Assembly: GCA_051294905.1 (NCBI GenBank)
Contig: CM119371.1
Span: forward strand, 19,160,001 to 19,224,000
Reading direction: 5' to 3'
Source of the DNA: Botryllus schlosseri
Lineage: Eukaryota
Length of the DNA: 64,000 nucleotides
A program made the position numbers and the translations under genes. Below, piece by piece: positions 50,596-62,128 of the stretch. Under the pieces are notes generated by a model, which made no database searches, was not told the origin of the DNA, and saw only the letters and a list, made by a program, of their open reading frames with translations. Within the stretch, counting starts at the first letter, position 1. The number at the start of each line of letters is the position of its first letter.

Positions 50596-51997
50596 CGGCT
50601 AAATATATATAGAAAATACGCACAGGTCTAAGTAGCAAATGGCCGCAGAAAATGAAAGTCGCAGTCTTACACGCGGTGTCGCTGCACGGAACAACAAAAG
50701 CACTGAATCGGTCTGCCGCTTCCAGGCTAGTTTGTAAATGCTATGGTACTAGGTTTACTCTCCTCCAGTATAGGAAAGTGAGCTTATTTAGTTGTTTCCC
50801 CCTGAAGTTGCAAATTCAATTTGTTTAGATGTGACGTTAAATGTTCTACGAAAGCAAGATTAGATACCCATTTTCGGCGATGTTTGTATTTTCAAGGAAA
50901 GTTGCTATTTCATTTCTCAGTTCATACACTCTTGCAAGCATCTCGACGTAACAAAGCATGTACCCGTTTTGCCTGCCAGTGACACTTGCAACCGACGGGT
51001 TTGCCCAAGACACAGAAAACTTCTGAAGAACGCATATTGCTTGGAATGCCGAACAGCTTCTTGTAGTTTAAGTGCTATATGTTTCGTTGTTCTTGTGTTT
51101 GAAATATACGTGACAAAGCAATGCTTATTGGGGTAGGCCTATCTTTACTATTGCTTTTGGGTCTGCATTCATTACAGTGGAACATATTGACTCAAAGGCT
51201 TTTCGCGTGCGCCTTGTCAGGAGTTAGCGACACAAGAAGAGCTTACTGAAATATAGACATACGAAAACCAAATTGGCAAAATATGACGTAACAATGCAAT
51301 AACAAAAAGGATCGCTAACAGCTGTATCGGTACTCCGGTAGTCATAACAAAGTGACAAGAGAAAATCAAATCATACAAAACACAGACAATTAGCGGTATT
51401 TTATTTAATATTTTAGGATTGCATAGATAGGCCTACTCTTTGTGCTTGTTATTGTGCCGTTAACTCTTTGATGGGGGCACACGGGGGATCTTTGAGGTGA
51501 TGGATTCTGCTGTGGTGAATGTGGTTCTGAGAGCAATATTCAAGTTCAGTACCGCCGGTAACATTTGAGGTATCTCTGCGTTTCTCTGAGAGCTATTAAG
51601 GTGATTAACATTTAAAAAGTGGTATTCTGCGACTCACGCAGCAGCCTGATTCTAAAATCGGAATATGACGAACCCGGACCAGCTCGGGGCTCGTTCACTT
51701 TCGGACCAAAAACCCTTTTTCTCCGTAACGCTGTACTAAGTTTGGTCCGAAAGTGAACGAGCCCCGTAGGTGCGTGAATTACATGTTCCGGAATCATCAT
51801 CCGTAAGTGGAAGAAAACATTATAAATTTTGACATTTTTCGAAGCAGTGCTGCACTGCAGATTGGAACTCATTACGAAACGGCGGGCCGTATTCTTGTGG
51901 TAACTAATCATTTCGTCGCGGGCCGGACGATTTCGCTTGGCGGGCCGGATCCGGCCCGCGGGCCGTAGGTTGCCGACCCTTGATGTAAACAGTCAAC

Positions 51998-52389
51998 AGA
52001 CGTCAGCTGATCCCACTCTCGCCGCTCGGCCGCATCCTTGCTCTTGAGTTTCTCTCTCGTTTCGCCAGACAGCATTGTTGCGTCACACTGCCAATCTACT
52101 CAACAATGAATAATTTGGGGTTGATTGTGGGGGTTCCAGGGCCATGAGTGGAATAAAATTTATATTTTCGTAATCAGTGCAGAGTTAGCTTTCGATTGAT
52201 ACCTGATTCATCAAATTTATTGCTCGGCAAGCCGGTCAAAGATAACCGTCAAATTGCCTGTAGCCAAATGGAAATTTGACGGTGATTTTTCACCGACTTG
52301 CCGAGCATTAAATTTGATGAATCGGGTATCAATCGAAACCTGACGCTGTACTGCTTGCGAAAATATAAATTTTATTCCACTCATGGCCC
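51998..52389. repeat. Dispersed repeat copy ending in a ~250-bp hairpin; non-hairpin copies at 56640-56920 (+) and ~28020-28190 (-)
   Basis: The copies share GGGGTTCCAG…CATGAG.(G/A)GAAT…ATCAAATTTA.TGCTCG; 51998 and 56640 also share GACGTCAGCTGATC…CGCCGCTCGGCCGCATCCTTGCTC. Only this copy folds back (52139-52389). Confidence 0.8.
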
Positions 52390-52453
52390 AATGGCAACAT
52401 CCTTCAGCTGATAAAGATATGTAGGCTACGTCTAAGTAGTCTACATTGGATAT

Positions 52454-54366
52454 CAGTGGCGGCTCGTCCTATAGGGCAACTGGGGCATTGCCCCACCTTA
52501 AATTCTGTTCAATAACAATTCTTTACCATTTATAGACGCACACAAATCTATATATACCGAAATCACAGCGAAAATCGTATTCTTCTTGTCCTTTCGCTTG
52601 TAAATGCCCATATATAGCGAAGTCTCTGCGAAAATCGAATTCTCTTCTGTGTTTTCGCTTTGCGAATGCCTATAGCCGGGGCATGCCCCGGTAGCGCTCA
52701 TAACAAGCTTTCACTGTCTATTCTCTCAAAGCCGCGCACAATAAAGAAACGGTGATTTACTCTCGCCTATTCATAAAATTACCGAGCAACCGGGGCACAA
52801 TAGCTCTGTGCCCCTAAGGTGTGATGTAACAATCGTATCTAAAGCTGAACTCGGTTACCGTCATATGCGTTTAGTCGACCTTTGCTGGTATAGGTCGATT
52901 TTGATGGTGTTTCACCCCATGAAAACTCTTGAAACTTGGTATGTCATGTCGTGATGGTGGTATTTAACACTGCCCCAAGTTTCAGGGTTTCTACTTAAAG
53001 TTTAGGGTAGTAATTCCGCTTCCGAAGTTGAGTGTGTGCTGATCCGTCATGCATCGCAAACAGATTTTACTCAAAAGCCGGTATTGGTATCCATTGATTT
53101 TGACGATGTTCAATACTGAGATCGGTTATGACATTTGGCACGGTAAGTCTTAATGTTAGTATAGAACGCTGTACCAAGTTTTAAGTTTGTCACTGAACTA
53201 TGTTAGTGGTAATTTCGTTTCCTAAGTCGAGTGAGAGCTGACTCGTCATTTATCGCTAACAGATTATACGCAAAGCCAGTATTGGTCTCTATTGATTTTA
53301 ACGATGCTCCTTACCTAGATCCGTCAAGCTTTTGCACGGTATGTCTTGATTTTAGTATCGAACGCTGTGCCAAGTCACATGGTTGACACTCAATGATTAG
53401 GGCAGTAATTTCGTTATCAAGGTCGAGTATGGTAGAGATGTGCTCCGATCTGGCACTTTAGCCTACAACGCATTGCGGATTTCACGCAAAAGCCGGTGCA
53501 TCTGCGGTAACGTTAACTGAGATGATAATATCATTCTCAGTTTGCATTCAAATATTTACTTTGATATTATAATCTCCAATGTCAATTTCACCGTGAAATT
53601 GTGGCGTTCAAGCCATTTGCTTACAACCCCCTGTCAAGCGCGATAGCTATTTCGTTTTCGATGGCGGCTTACAGCTGATCACTTGATCAGCCTATTCCTC
53701 AGTAAATTTTACGCAAAATTCGGTGATGGTCTGTTCGCATTAATTTTGACAGTGTACCATACCGAAAAGGGCCATGAGGCCACTTCTCGATGATGTCACG
53801 TAACAGTGTATTATAAGTTTAAGGCTTTCATTCACGTACTTATTCGATAATCTATTTTCCAAAGACGATTTTGCAGCAGACCTTAGAGTGTAATAAAGCC
53901 GTATATGTCGTGTTACAGTCTCCAGTTTCAAGGCCAAAATCTCCCATGCTGTACCGAGACCGAATTTCCGAGGCTGCTATTCTTAGTTCTTCAGAATGAT
54001 GTTTTGGATTCAATATGACAGGCCCAATCTATGATATAACAATTGCGTATCTGTCCGAACTCGCTGACCTTTCCAACTAGGCTTACGCTATCTCTCGAGT
54101 AGTCATCTCCAGGTCTAGTGCGAACATGAACCGTGTTGAATCTTAGTTCCGTACGCCGTTTACGTAGTTACGACACTTCAAGTCACAGCCCACCGGCGGA
54201 CCTCTCGTGGCACATACGTTAAAATCACTGTTGCCGGCAAATTCATGTTAACGTACCATCATTAAGTTACTTGTTTACGTTGGAAAACGCCATTGTGACG
54301 TCATCTTAATAAAAAGTCGCTTGCAGCCCTTGCCCCACCACCCGATATTGTCACGAGCCGCCACTG
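52454..54366. mobile_element. hAT-type non-autonomous element, copy 1 (1.9 kb, internal tandem units)
   Basis: TIR CAGTGGCGGCTCGT. Perfect TSD TTGGATAT. Inverted homologue at 57906-60273. Confidence 0.92.
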
Positions 54367-54779
54367 TTGGATATGTCAGATTATTATGATATCGATTGCC
54401 TTAGCCCGCTTGTTGCGTAGGGCTCCAGAGACACGTCGCGCTGTTCATGGCGGGTGTCGATACTTTCTATAGTCGCTTTTATGGTTAAGTGTGAGCAAGG
54501 AGCATTGAGCATGAGCATACATTACAAGCTTTTATTTGATCCGTATGGGTAGGACTTGGTCCGCGAATGCAGCAGGTAAAATGTTGATTGTTGAATAAAG
54601 TTTTACAGCAGGACTGTCGAATTAAACTGGTATCGCTGTCCGGATTCAATCCGTTACTAGAAAGCTTGCGGGCCATACCTGCCAAATGATTCCAAAATTT
54701 TACCACCAAATTCATGCCTTTGTTTTTCACTGGAATATATCTGATATCACTGTAAACGTTGACGTTGGAATTTGGTTTA

Positions 54780-56077
54780 CCGTAAACCGGGGTAACTTTG
54801 GACAATTTTCAACAATTCCGCTTTGTATCTTGGAAATTCTAGGGTGTAGGGGAGGCAAGTTTTGTGTTTTTCATGGGTCATGGAGCAAAGATTAGAATTA
54901 CCTAATCCAAAATCTTCATGGTCATAAATAAGTACCTTATTTTCGTAAATTATCCGTGTCCAAAGTTACCCCTGCATGTGGGGTAACTTTGGACAATGTA
55001 GTATTTTGTATGCCTTTACACTCCATTATTTATGAAACCTCGTAAATGAGGTTTATTTGGTAAAAGTTGATGAGAGCAGTGGCTAAAACTGAAACAAAAT
55101 AGTTTACGTCTGCCCTATTGCATGATTTTTACCTAATCCCCCACCCCCCAAAAAAATAAAAAATTAGGTAGTTTATGAAGGGTAATGCCCCCTTATTCAT
55201 CCCTTATCTCAATCTTACCTCATGCCTTCACCAATTGGGACTTATAAATAACATATGGTGATGAGGGGTATCCCACTGGCAGTGTCAGCAATCGACAGCA
55301 AACATTAAGCATGTTACCGTGATTTATTGCTGATTTCAATTATGTTACTGTTCTTCAAAAGATACACTTTCCCTTTCTTATGTCCTCTGATGGATATATT
55401 TGTCATAATTTACGATATCCCATATTCAGCAGGCACATCTTTAGGAATATGTGATAAGTTTTTGAAGTAGCTTACACCCGATTACTATCTCTCAGCTCAT
55501 TGCCTACCCATTTTTCATATTTTGGCAAACTCTTAATTTGTTAACCTTCTCATTCCATTTTAAAAAGCCATCAGGCCGGTTATAAGGAATATAGTTGAAG
55601 ATACACTTTGACACAGATGAAGTAGCCACTTTCCAGAGCTCTAAATATCACATTTTCCACTGTCCAAAGTTACCCCGTTCTGATAAAATTTGACGGGGCA
55701 ACTTTGGACATTAAATTTTCTTGTATTGATCTAAGGGTGAGCCCATTGAGATTTTTGCCATGGATTAAGACTACTCAGTGGTATCTGCTGCCAAGTTTTG
55801 AATCTATGAATCACATGCTATCTATGTTTGGTTATAAGAAGTTTAATGGCCATCAATTTTAATGAAATTGACCCCCGCCATTAATTTATCAATGTCGGGT
55901 CAAGTTTAACTGGTAGTGAAATGAATCCATCTTTTATTGAGACTACTTGTGGTACGCTTGCCTCATGAAAAAGAATTGGACATCCAGCTGCAACCCTTTT
56001 CCATCAATAACCATTTGAATCTTTTACTGCTTAGTGTCCAAAGTTACCCTTAAGTCCAAAGTTACCCCGGTTTACCG
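54780..56077. mobile_element. pogo/Tc1-mariner-like MITE
   Basis: TIR C(C/G)GTAAACCGGGGTAACTTTGGAC flanked by TA on both sides. Internal GTCCAAAGTTACCCC repeats. Confidence 0.88.
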
Positions 56078-57905
56078 TAGCATTTTTCAATCACCAAATA
56101 GTTTTTTTGAATGCCGGGGACCTTTTGCGTCAAAAGTAATACAGTGGTATCACAGATATTTGAATTATATTCATTCTGTAGCCTGTATATATATTCCTAA
56201 TGTAACTTACGTAAAACGGATTTGCAGTATTTTTTTCGCATCTGTGAATAACTGAATGTCCATTGTCCATTCGGCCCAACAGAGTTTGCACTTTTTCGCC
56301 TTCTCGGAATTTGGCAAGGTCGCCGACGTGGTGCTTATGGGGACTAGAGTGAAAACTCAACACTGTAGTTGTATTACTACAATATGATATATTTACATTA
56401 TCTAAATTTGCTGTCTTGAGTTAATCTTATTACTTGAAAGTATATTTTTCTTACTAGAAATATCTCTAACAGCTGAAGGATTGCGCGAAAATTGGTAGGG
56501 ACCAAATACATTCTGTGGACCCACTTCTACCATTACAAGTCAAGGAAAGGCTGGTGTGTGCTCGCTTGTACCGAAACGCATAGAAAAAGTATCAACAGCG
56601 CAGCGTTTCTCTGTGGCGCGGTTGCACATTGCTATTGCCGCGACGTCAGCTGATCTCACTTTTCGCCGCTCGGCCGCATCCTTGCTCTTGAGCTGGTCTC
56701 TCGTTTCGCCAGACATCGTTGTCACACTGCCAATCTACTCGACAATGAATAATTTGGGGCAGATTGTGGGGGTTCCAGGGCCATGAGTGGAATAAATTTT
56801 ATATTTTCGCAAGCAGTACAGCGTCAGCTTTCGATTGATACCCGATTCATCAAATTTAATGCTCGGGAAGTCGGTCAAAAATCACCGTCAAATTGCCTGT
56901 AGCCAAATGGAAACTGTGACGTGATATAATTTCATTGAACCGTGCGAATTGCTTGCGTCGACACCATATAGGACACTACGGTGAGACATTTGCGTCGAAC
57001 GGCAAATGAAAATGCACAAATTCTGCTGGAATTGTTCTATTAATGTTATCAGATGACGAATCAGTACCGTCCTGTTTATACCTTATAATCCTTATCCATA
57101 TTTCATATTATTATAGGGTTACCATACGCCCTGTTTCACTAGGATTTGCCTCTTAAAGTGGCCTCGGTGGACGAAATGTCCTCTTTTTGACAAATTGACT
57201 TCATTTTTGAAAATTTTGGTTCAATGTACGTGATTGTTTTTGTGCCGAACATAAGTTGGTAAAATAATGAGCTATACGCAGAGGTCTCAAACACGCGGCC
57301 CGCGGGCCGCATGCCGCAATTATTACTGACACGATATTGTTACATATTAATTTAGCTGCTTAGCTATATCTTATCGCACCGTCTCTGTTTCGTTCAATGA
57401 TATATATACAATTATTGTAAACTGCCACGGCGTGCCACGCCCCTGAACGCTATAAGGCCCTTTTCATACCGGATTTATGAAACTCTTTCGGGAACAAGTT
57501 CCGAAACAGGCGATGTTCACATAGAGAAAAAATTACCGAAACAGTTCCGGGAAAAGAGCGCGTTCATACCTATTTAGAGTTACCGCGAACTTATGTTCAA
57601 TCTGTATCAGTATAGAGCCCGAGCATGTTCCTATGGCTTGTATATTATCAACTGAAGCTGAGAGCAGGAACTGAAAGCCAGCAAAGAGGATAGAGTCCTG
57701 GAATGAAAAGAACCACCGATCACATCTGCGTACGACAAAGTCAGTTTATCTCCGTGAGAGAAACATTTGTTATACTCTGCGAAGAGCTTCGAGACCATAA
57801 CGAAAAGCAGCCAGCAAATTATTCGAACTCAATTTCTCTTGCTTGCTGAGTAGCTGTCGCTCTTTGGAGGCTAGCCAATGAAGCCAATCGTTTTATAGAT
57901 CCAGG

Positions 57906-60273
57906 CAGTGGCGGCTCGTGACAATATCGGGTGGTGGGGCAAGGGCTGCGAGCGACTTTTATCAACATGACGTCACAATGGCGTTTTCCAACGTAAAAAA
58001 GTAACTTTATGATGGTCACATGAATTTCCCGACAACAGTGATTTTAACGTAGGTACCGCGAGAGGTTTGCCGGTGAGCCGTGACTTGAAGTGTGGTAACA
58101 AATGTTTTATTCATTTATTTTTAATCAAAGGATTATTTTACAAAATGTACGTGAACTAAGAATCGTCCCTATGCCACGAATCAAGTATCAGGTCATCCTT
58201 AGTAGCATGCGTTTTGATTTCATGGTAGAGTTATAGATTACGCAAATCGATAGACCCTAAAATCCGACCGTCACCCCAAATTCGAAATCCGGATCCAGTC
58301 CGGCCAGGTAAAAAACATTGAAATCCTGCTCCGGCTCCTGAACCGGACTGTGGCCATCTCTGGTTACGACCAGGTGATAATAGGCAACCAAAGCGGAAGC
58401 ACCCGGCGTACGATTGGATCAATAGACTGGACAACTTCTAGACCTCTCATTTTCGCTCTAAAGGCAACTGCGTAAACTACGTACGGAATAAAGATTCAAT
58501 ACGATTCATGTTCGCACTTGACTTGACCTGACTAATTCCAATGACTAGAACTCGAGAGATTGCGTAAGCCTAACTGGAAAGGTCAACGAGTTCGGACACA
58601 TACGCAATTGCTATCTCATAGATTGGGCCTGTCATATTGAATCCAGAACATCAATTTGAATGGTCTTTGAAGAACTAAGGACAGCAGCCTCGGAACTTCG
58701 GTCTCGGAACAACGTAGGACATTTTGGCCTTGAAACTGGAGACTGTGACACAACACATACGGCTTACTATCTATAAGTCTGCTGCGAAATCGCCGTTGGA
58801 AAATATATTAATATATAAATACATGAATAAAAGCCGTAACTTAGTATACTGTTACAAGAAATCATCGAGAAGTAGCATACGCAATCTCATAACCCATTCC
58901 GGTATGGTACACTGTCAAAATCAATGCAAACAGACGAACACCGAACTTTGAGTAAAATAGATCGAGGAATAGGCTGATCGAATGATCAGCTGTTAGCCGA
59001 CATCGAAAATGAAATAGCTATCGCTATTGACAGGGGATTGTAAGCAAATGGTTTGAAGGCCACAATTTCACACTGAAATGGACATTGGCGAACATGAAAT
59101 TATATGAATATTTGAATGCAAACCGAGAATCTTGGTTAGCTGTTTCATGCGATCATCGAGATATACCATTGGAAATATCATCACCGATCTCGTTATGGAA
59201 CGCAGACTATAGATTAGCACAGACCGACACCGGCTTTTGCGTGAGATCCGCAATGACGTAGGTAGGCTAAGTATCAGATCAGCGCGCATCTCTACCATAC
59301 TCGACCTCGAAAACGAAATAACTGCCTCAATCATTGAGTGTCAACTTTAAGACTTGGCACCGCGTTCGATACTAAAATCAAGACATACCGTGTGAAAGCT
59401 CATGACAGATCTAGGTATGGAACATCGTTAAAGTCAATAGAGACCAATAACGGCTTTTGCGTAAATTTGTTGGCGATAAATGAAGAGTCAGCTCTTACTC
59501 GACTTTGGAAACGAAATTACCACCCACATAGTTCAGTGACAAACTTAAAACTTGTTACAGCGGTCGATAATAACACTTACCGTGCCAAATGTCATGACCG
59601 ATCTCGGTATAGAACATCGTCAAAATCAATGGAGACCAATACCGGCTTTTGAGTAAAATCTGTTTGCTGTACTATGTACATGATAGATCAGCACACACTG
59701 AACTTCCGAAACGGAATTACTACGATTATCTTTAAGTAGTAAGCCTGAAACTTGGAGCAGTGTTAAATACTACCTTCACGACATATCATACCAAGTTTCA
59801 AGAATTATCATGGTGCGAAACACCGTCAAAATCGACCTATACCAGCAAAGGTCGACTCAACGCATATTACGGTAACCGAGTTCAGATATAGATACGATTG
59901 TTACATCACACCTTAAGCTCGAGTAGGCATATTTGCCCCGGTTGCTCGGCCATTTTACGAATAGGAGAGAGTAAATCACCGTTTCTTTATTGTGCGCGGC
60001 TTTGAGAGAATAGATAGTGAAAGCTTGTTATGAGCGCTACCGGGGCAAGCCCCGGCTAGGCATTCACAAAGCGAAAACACAGAAGAGAATTCGATTTTCG
60101 CAGAGACTTCGCTATGTATGGGCGTTTGCAAGCGAAAGCACATGAAGAACGCGGGTTTCGCTGTGATCTCGGTATATATTGATTGCTGTGCGTCTATAAA
60201 TGGTTGAATTGTTATTGAACAGAATTTTAGGTGGGGCAATGCCCCAGTTGCCCTATAGGACGAGCCGCCACTG
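57906..60273. mobile_element. hAT-type non-autonomous element, copy 2 (inverted relative to 52454-54366, with extra insertion around 58225-58440)
   Basis: TIR CAGTGGCGGCTCGT. Perfect TSD GATCCAGG. Confidence 0.92.
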
Positions 60274-60353
60274 GATCCAGGTAAACATCAGATGTATTTT
60301 AAGAAGGCAACTGTCACAAGTTGATTTTATTGAAAATAATTGCTGGTGCCTAG

Positions 60354-60863
60354 TAGGGCTAGCCACAATGATTCGAGTACTCGAATCTAAATCGAGTATC
60401 AACTTTGATGATTCGAGTCGAGTAGTAAAATAATATTTTTCGAGTACTGAAATTATACTGAAAGTTGATTTATTTTCTAACGAGAATTATACCGTAGTTT
60501 TGATACTATTTTCCACTGAGTAAGCCTTGAAACCTTGATTGGCCATGTCGCAACATACGAGATATAGTACAAAGCTACGAACGTTGGCACGTTGCTGGAA
60601 ATAACACATTTCCGAAGTCATGACCATTCCATAACACTGTAAAGCAGTGCAATGAAAACGGTATGGTCGAAAAAACACCAAAGTATTTTTAATGTGACGG
60701 ACAATAGGCGTTATGTTCTTTATGGTGGCATAAAACGTAGCCTACACATTTGAATTTTGACATAGTACATTGTGTTGTGATGTCATCATGATGATACTCG
60801 ACTCGAAGCGTAATAAGTGATTCAGAATCGAATCACTCAGGTACTCGATTTTGCCCAGCCCTA
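60354..60863. mobile_element. hAT-type MITE, same family as 25797-26256
   Basis: Collinear similarity throughout. Ends TAGGGCT…AGCCCTA. TSD imperfect (GTGCCTAG / ta-GTGCATAG). Confidence 0.8.
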
Positions 60864-61256
60864 TAGTGCATAGTAATATTTCTACATTTGTCATGGCGGA
60901 ATGTCAGCCAGTTTTTGCATAGCATACCACTACAAAAAGGTCGGACAAATTTGGCATTGAATCATTATGTCAGAAAAAGAAGTCTGAAAGACCAATTGTT
61001 CTTGCCAATTAGGCTACTTTCTGTCTCAAAAGTAAGACCCAAATTGATGGAAAATTAGCTTAAACTGGAAACTGAGCAGTCAACACAATGACGTGGACTC
61101 GAGTCATAAAACCATGACTCGAACTCGACGCTCTGCTCGATGAGTTGGACTCGGATTTGACTCGGTGGTAAATTGAAAATAACTCGGCCTGAATCTAGTC
61201 AAAACTATTGAAATTGCTGAAAATGAGACCAAATTTATATGTTTTTGTAGTGTAGT

Positions 61257-62128
61257 CAGACATGTACTTCAACTTACTCATTTAGGTACTTTTAGTTACT
61301 AAAACTAAGTAGTTCTAGTTGTGGATTTGAAAAAGGGAATAGTTTTTGGTTCTAGTTGCGGATGTTTGAAAGTGAGTAGTTCTAATTTCAGATTTTGAAA
61401 AGTTGATAGTTCTTGTTCTGGACCGGCCAACCCGTGGCCCGCGAGTTAATTTCCGAAATTAGTAGTATTATCAAAAATGGATTGCACAGATTGTGAACTT
61501 GCATGGCCAATCAAAAATTTGATTAGTCTGGCCGCAACACTTGAGATGTGATGACTGAAATATCAGTTCCGACGCATTGGTAGATCTATGAGCCAGTCAC
61601 ATTTTGGTAGATCTTCGTACATTACAATAAAGCAGAATACTTCATGATAGATTTATCAAAAGTTTTCTACACGCTTAGCGCAACATCTTGTCACCCGATT
61701 TCTTGCTTTTAATATTGCTGCCCCTTTGTGAAAATGAAAGAACGCCTAATGTATCAGATTGACTCTAACTATATATATATTTGCGACCTCCCGTTAGCGC
61801 TCGCAGAAAGACAGTCGACTATGAAACCTAGGCACAAATTGATTGCCGCATGTTGGACGAAGCTTTCGATATCGATGTGTCCAGGTGCAGAATAGTCCAG
61901 TCCTTGCAAACTGAGCCCAGCGATATACAGCAGGCTTGCAATATAGTCAAGTGACAATATTAATAATTTATCAACTTCAAAGAATTTTCGCGCTTCGTGC
62001 GGTTAGTGGCCCGCAGAATAGTTCGTCAATCGAATGTGGCGATTTGGCTGAAAAGGTTGGCCACCCCTGTTCTAGTTGCTAGTTTAAAAAATTGCGCATT
62101 TTGAAATTCCAGTACTTGCACAAGTCTG
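61257..62128. mobile_element. hAT-type MITE with AGTAGTTCTA repeats; contains another MITE (~61420-62069)
   Basis: Ends CAGACATGT…ACAAGTCTG. TSD AGTGTAGT/AGTGTTGT. Inner end AGGTTGGCCACCCCTG. Confidence 0.65.

Larger units (their letters stand above)
44452..50745 (-). mobile_element. P-superfamily transposon P2, 6.3 kb, with two tandem genes and long TIRs
   Basis: TIR CATAGC(C/A)TTTACAAACTAGCCTGGAAGCGGCAGACCG… is near-identical for ~100 bp and recognisable to ~450 bp. Exact 7-bp TSD GTACTAG (44445-44451 / 50746-50752). Confidence 0.93.
43778..51982 (-). mobile_element. SPIN/GTF2IRD2-like hAT relic interrupted by P2
   Basis: Ends TAGGGGTCGGCAACC…GGTTGCCGACCCTTG. Minus-strand remnants FGSTCA*EQ*FSTMK..KSKLRS (~44070-44150) and KLNLQLQG (~50800). 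No TSD match found. Confidence 0.75.
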
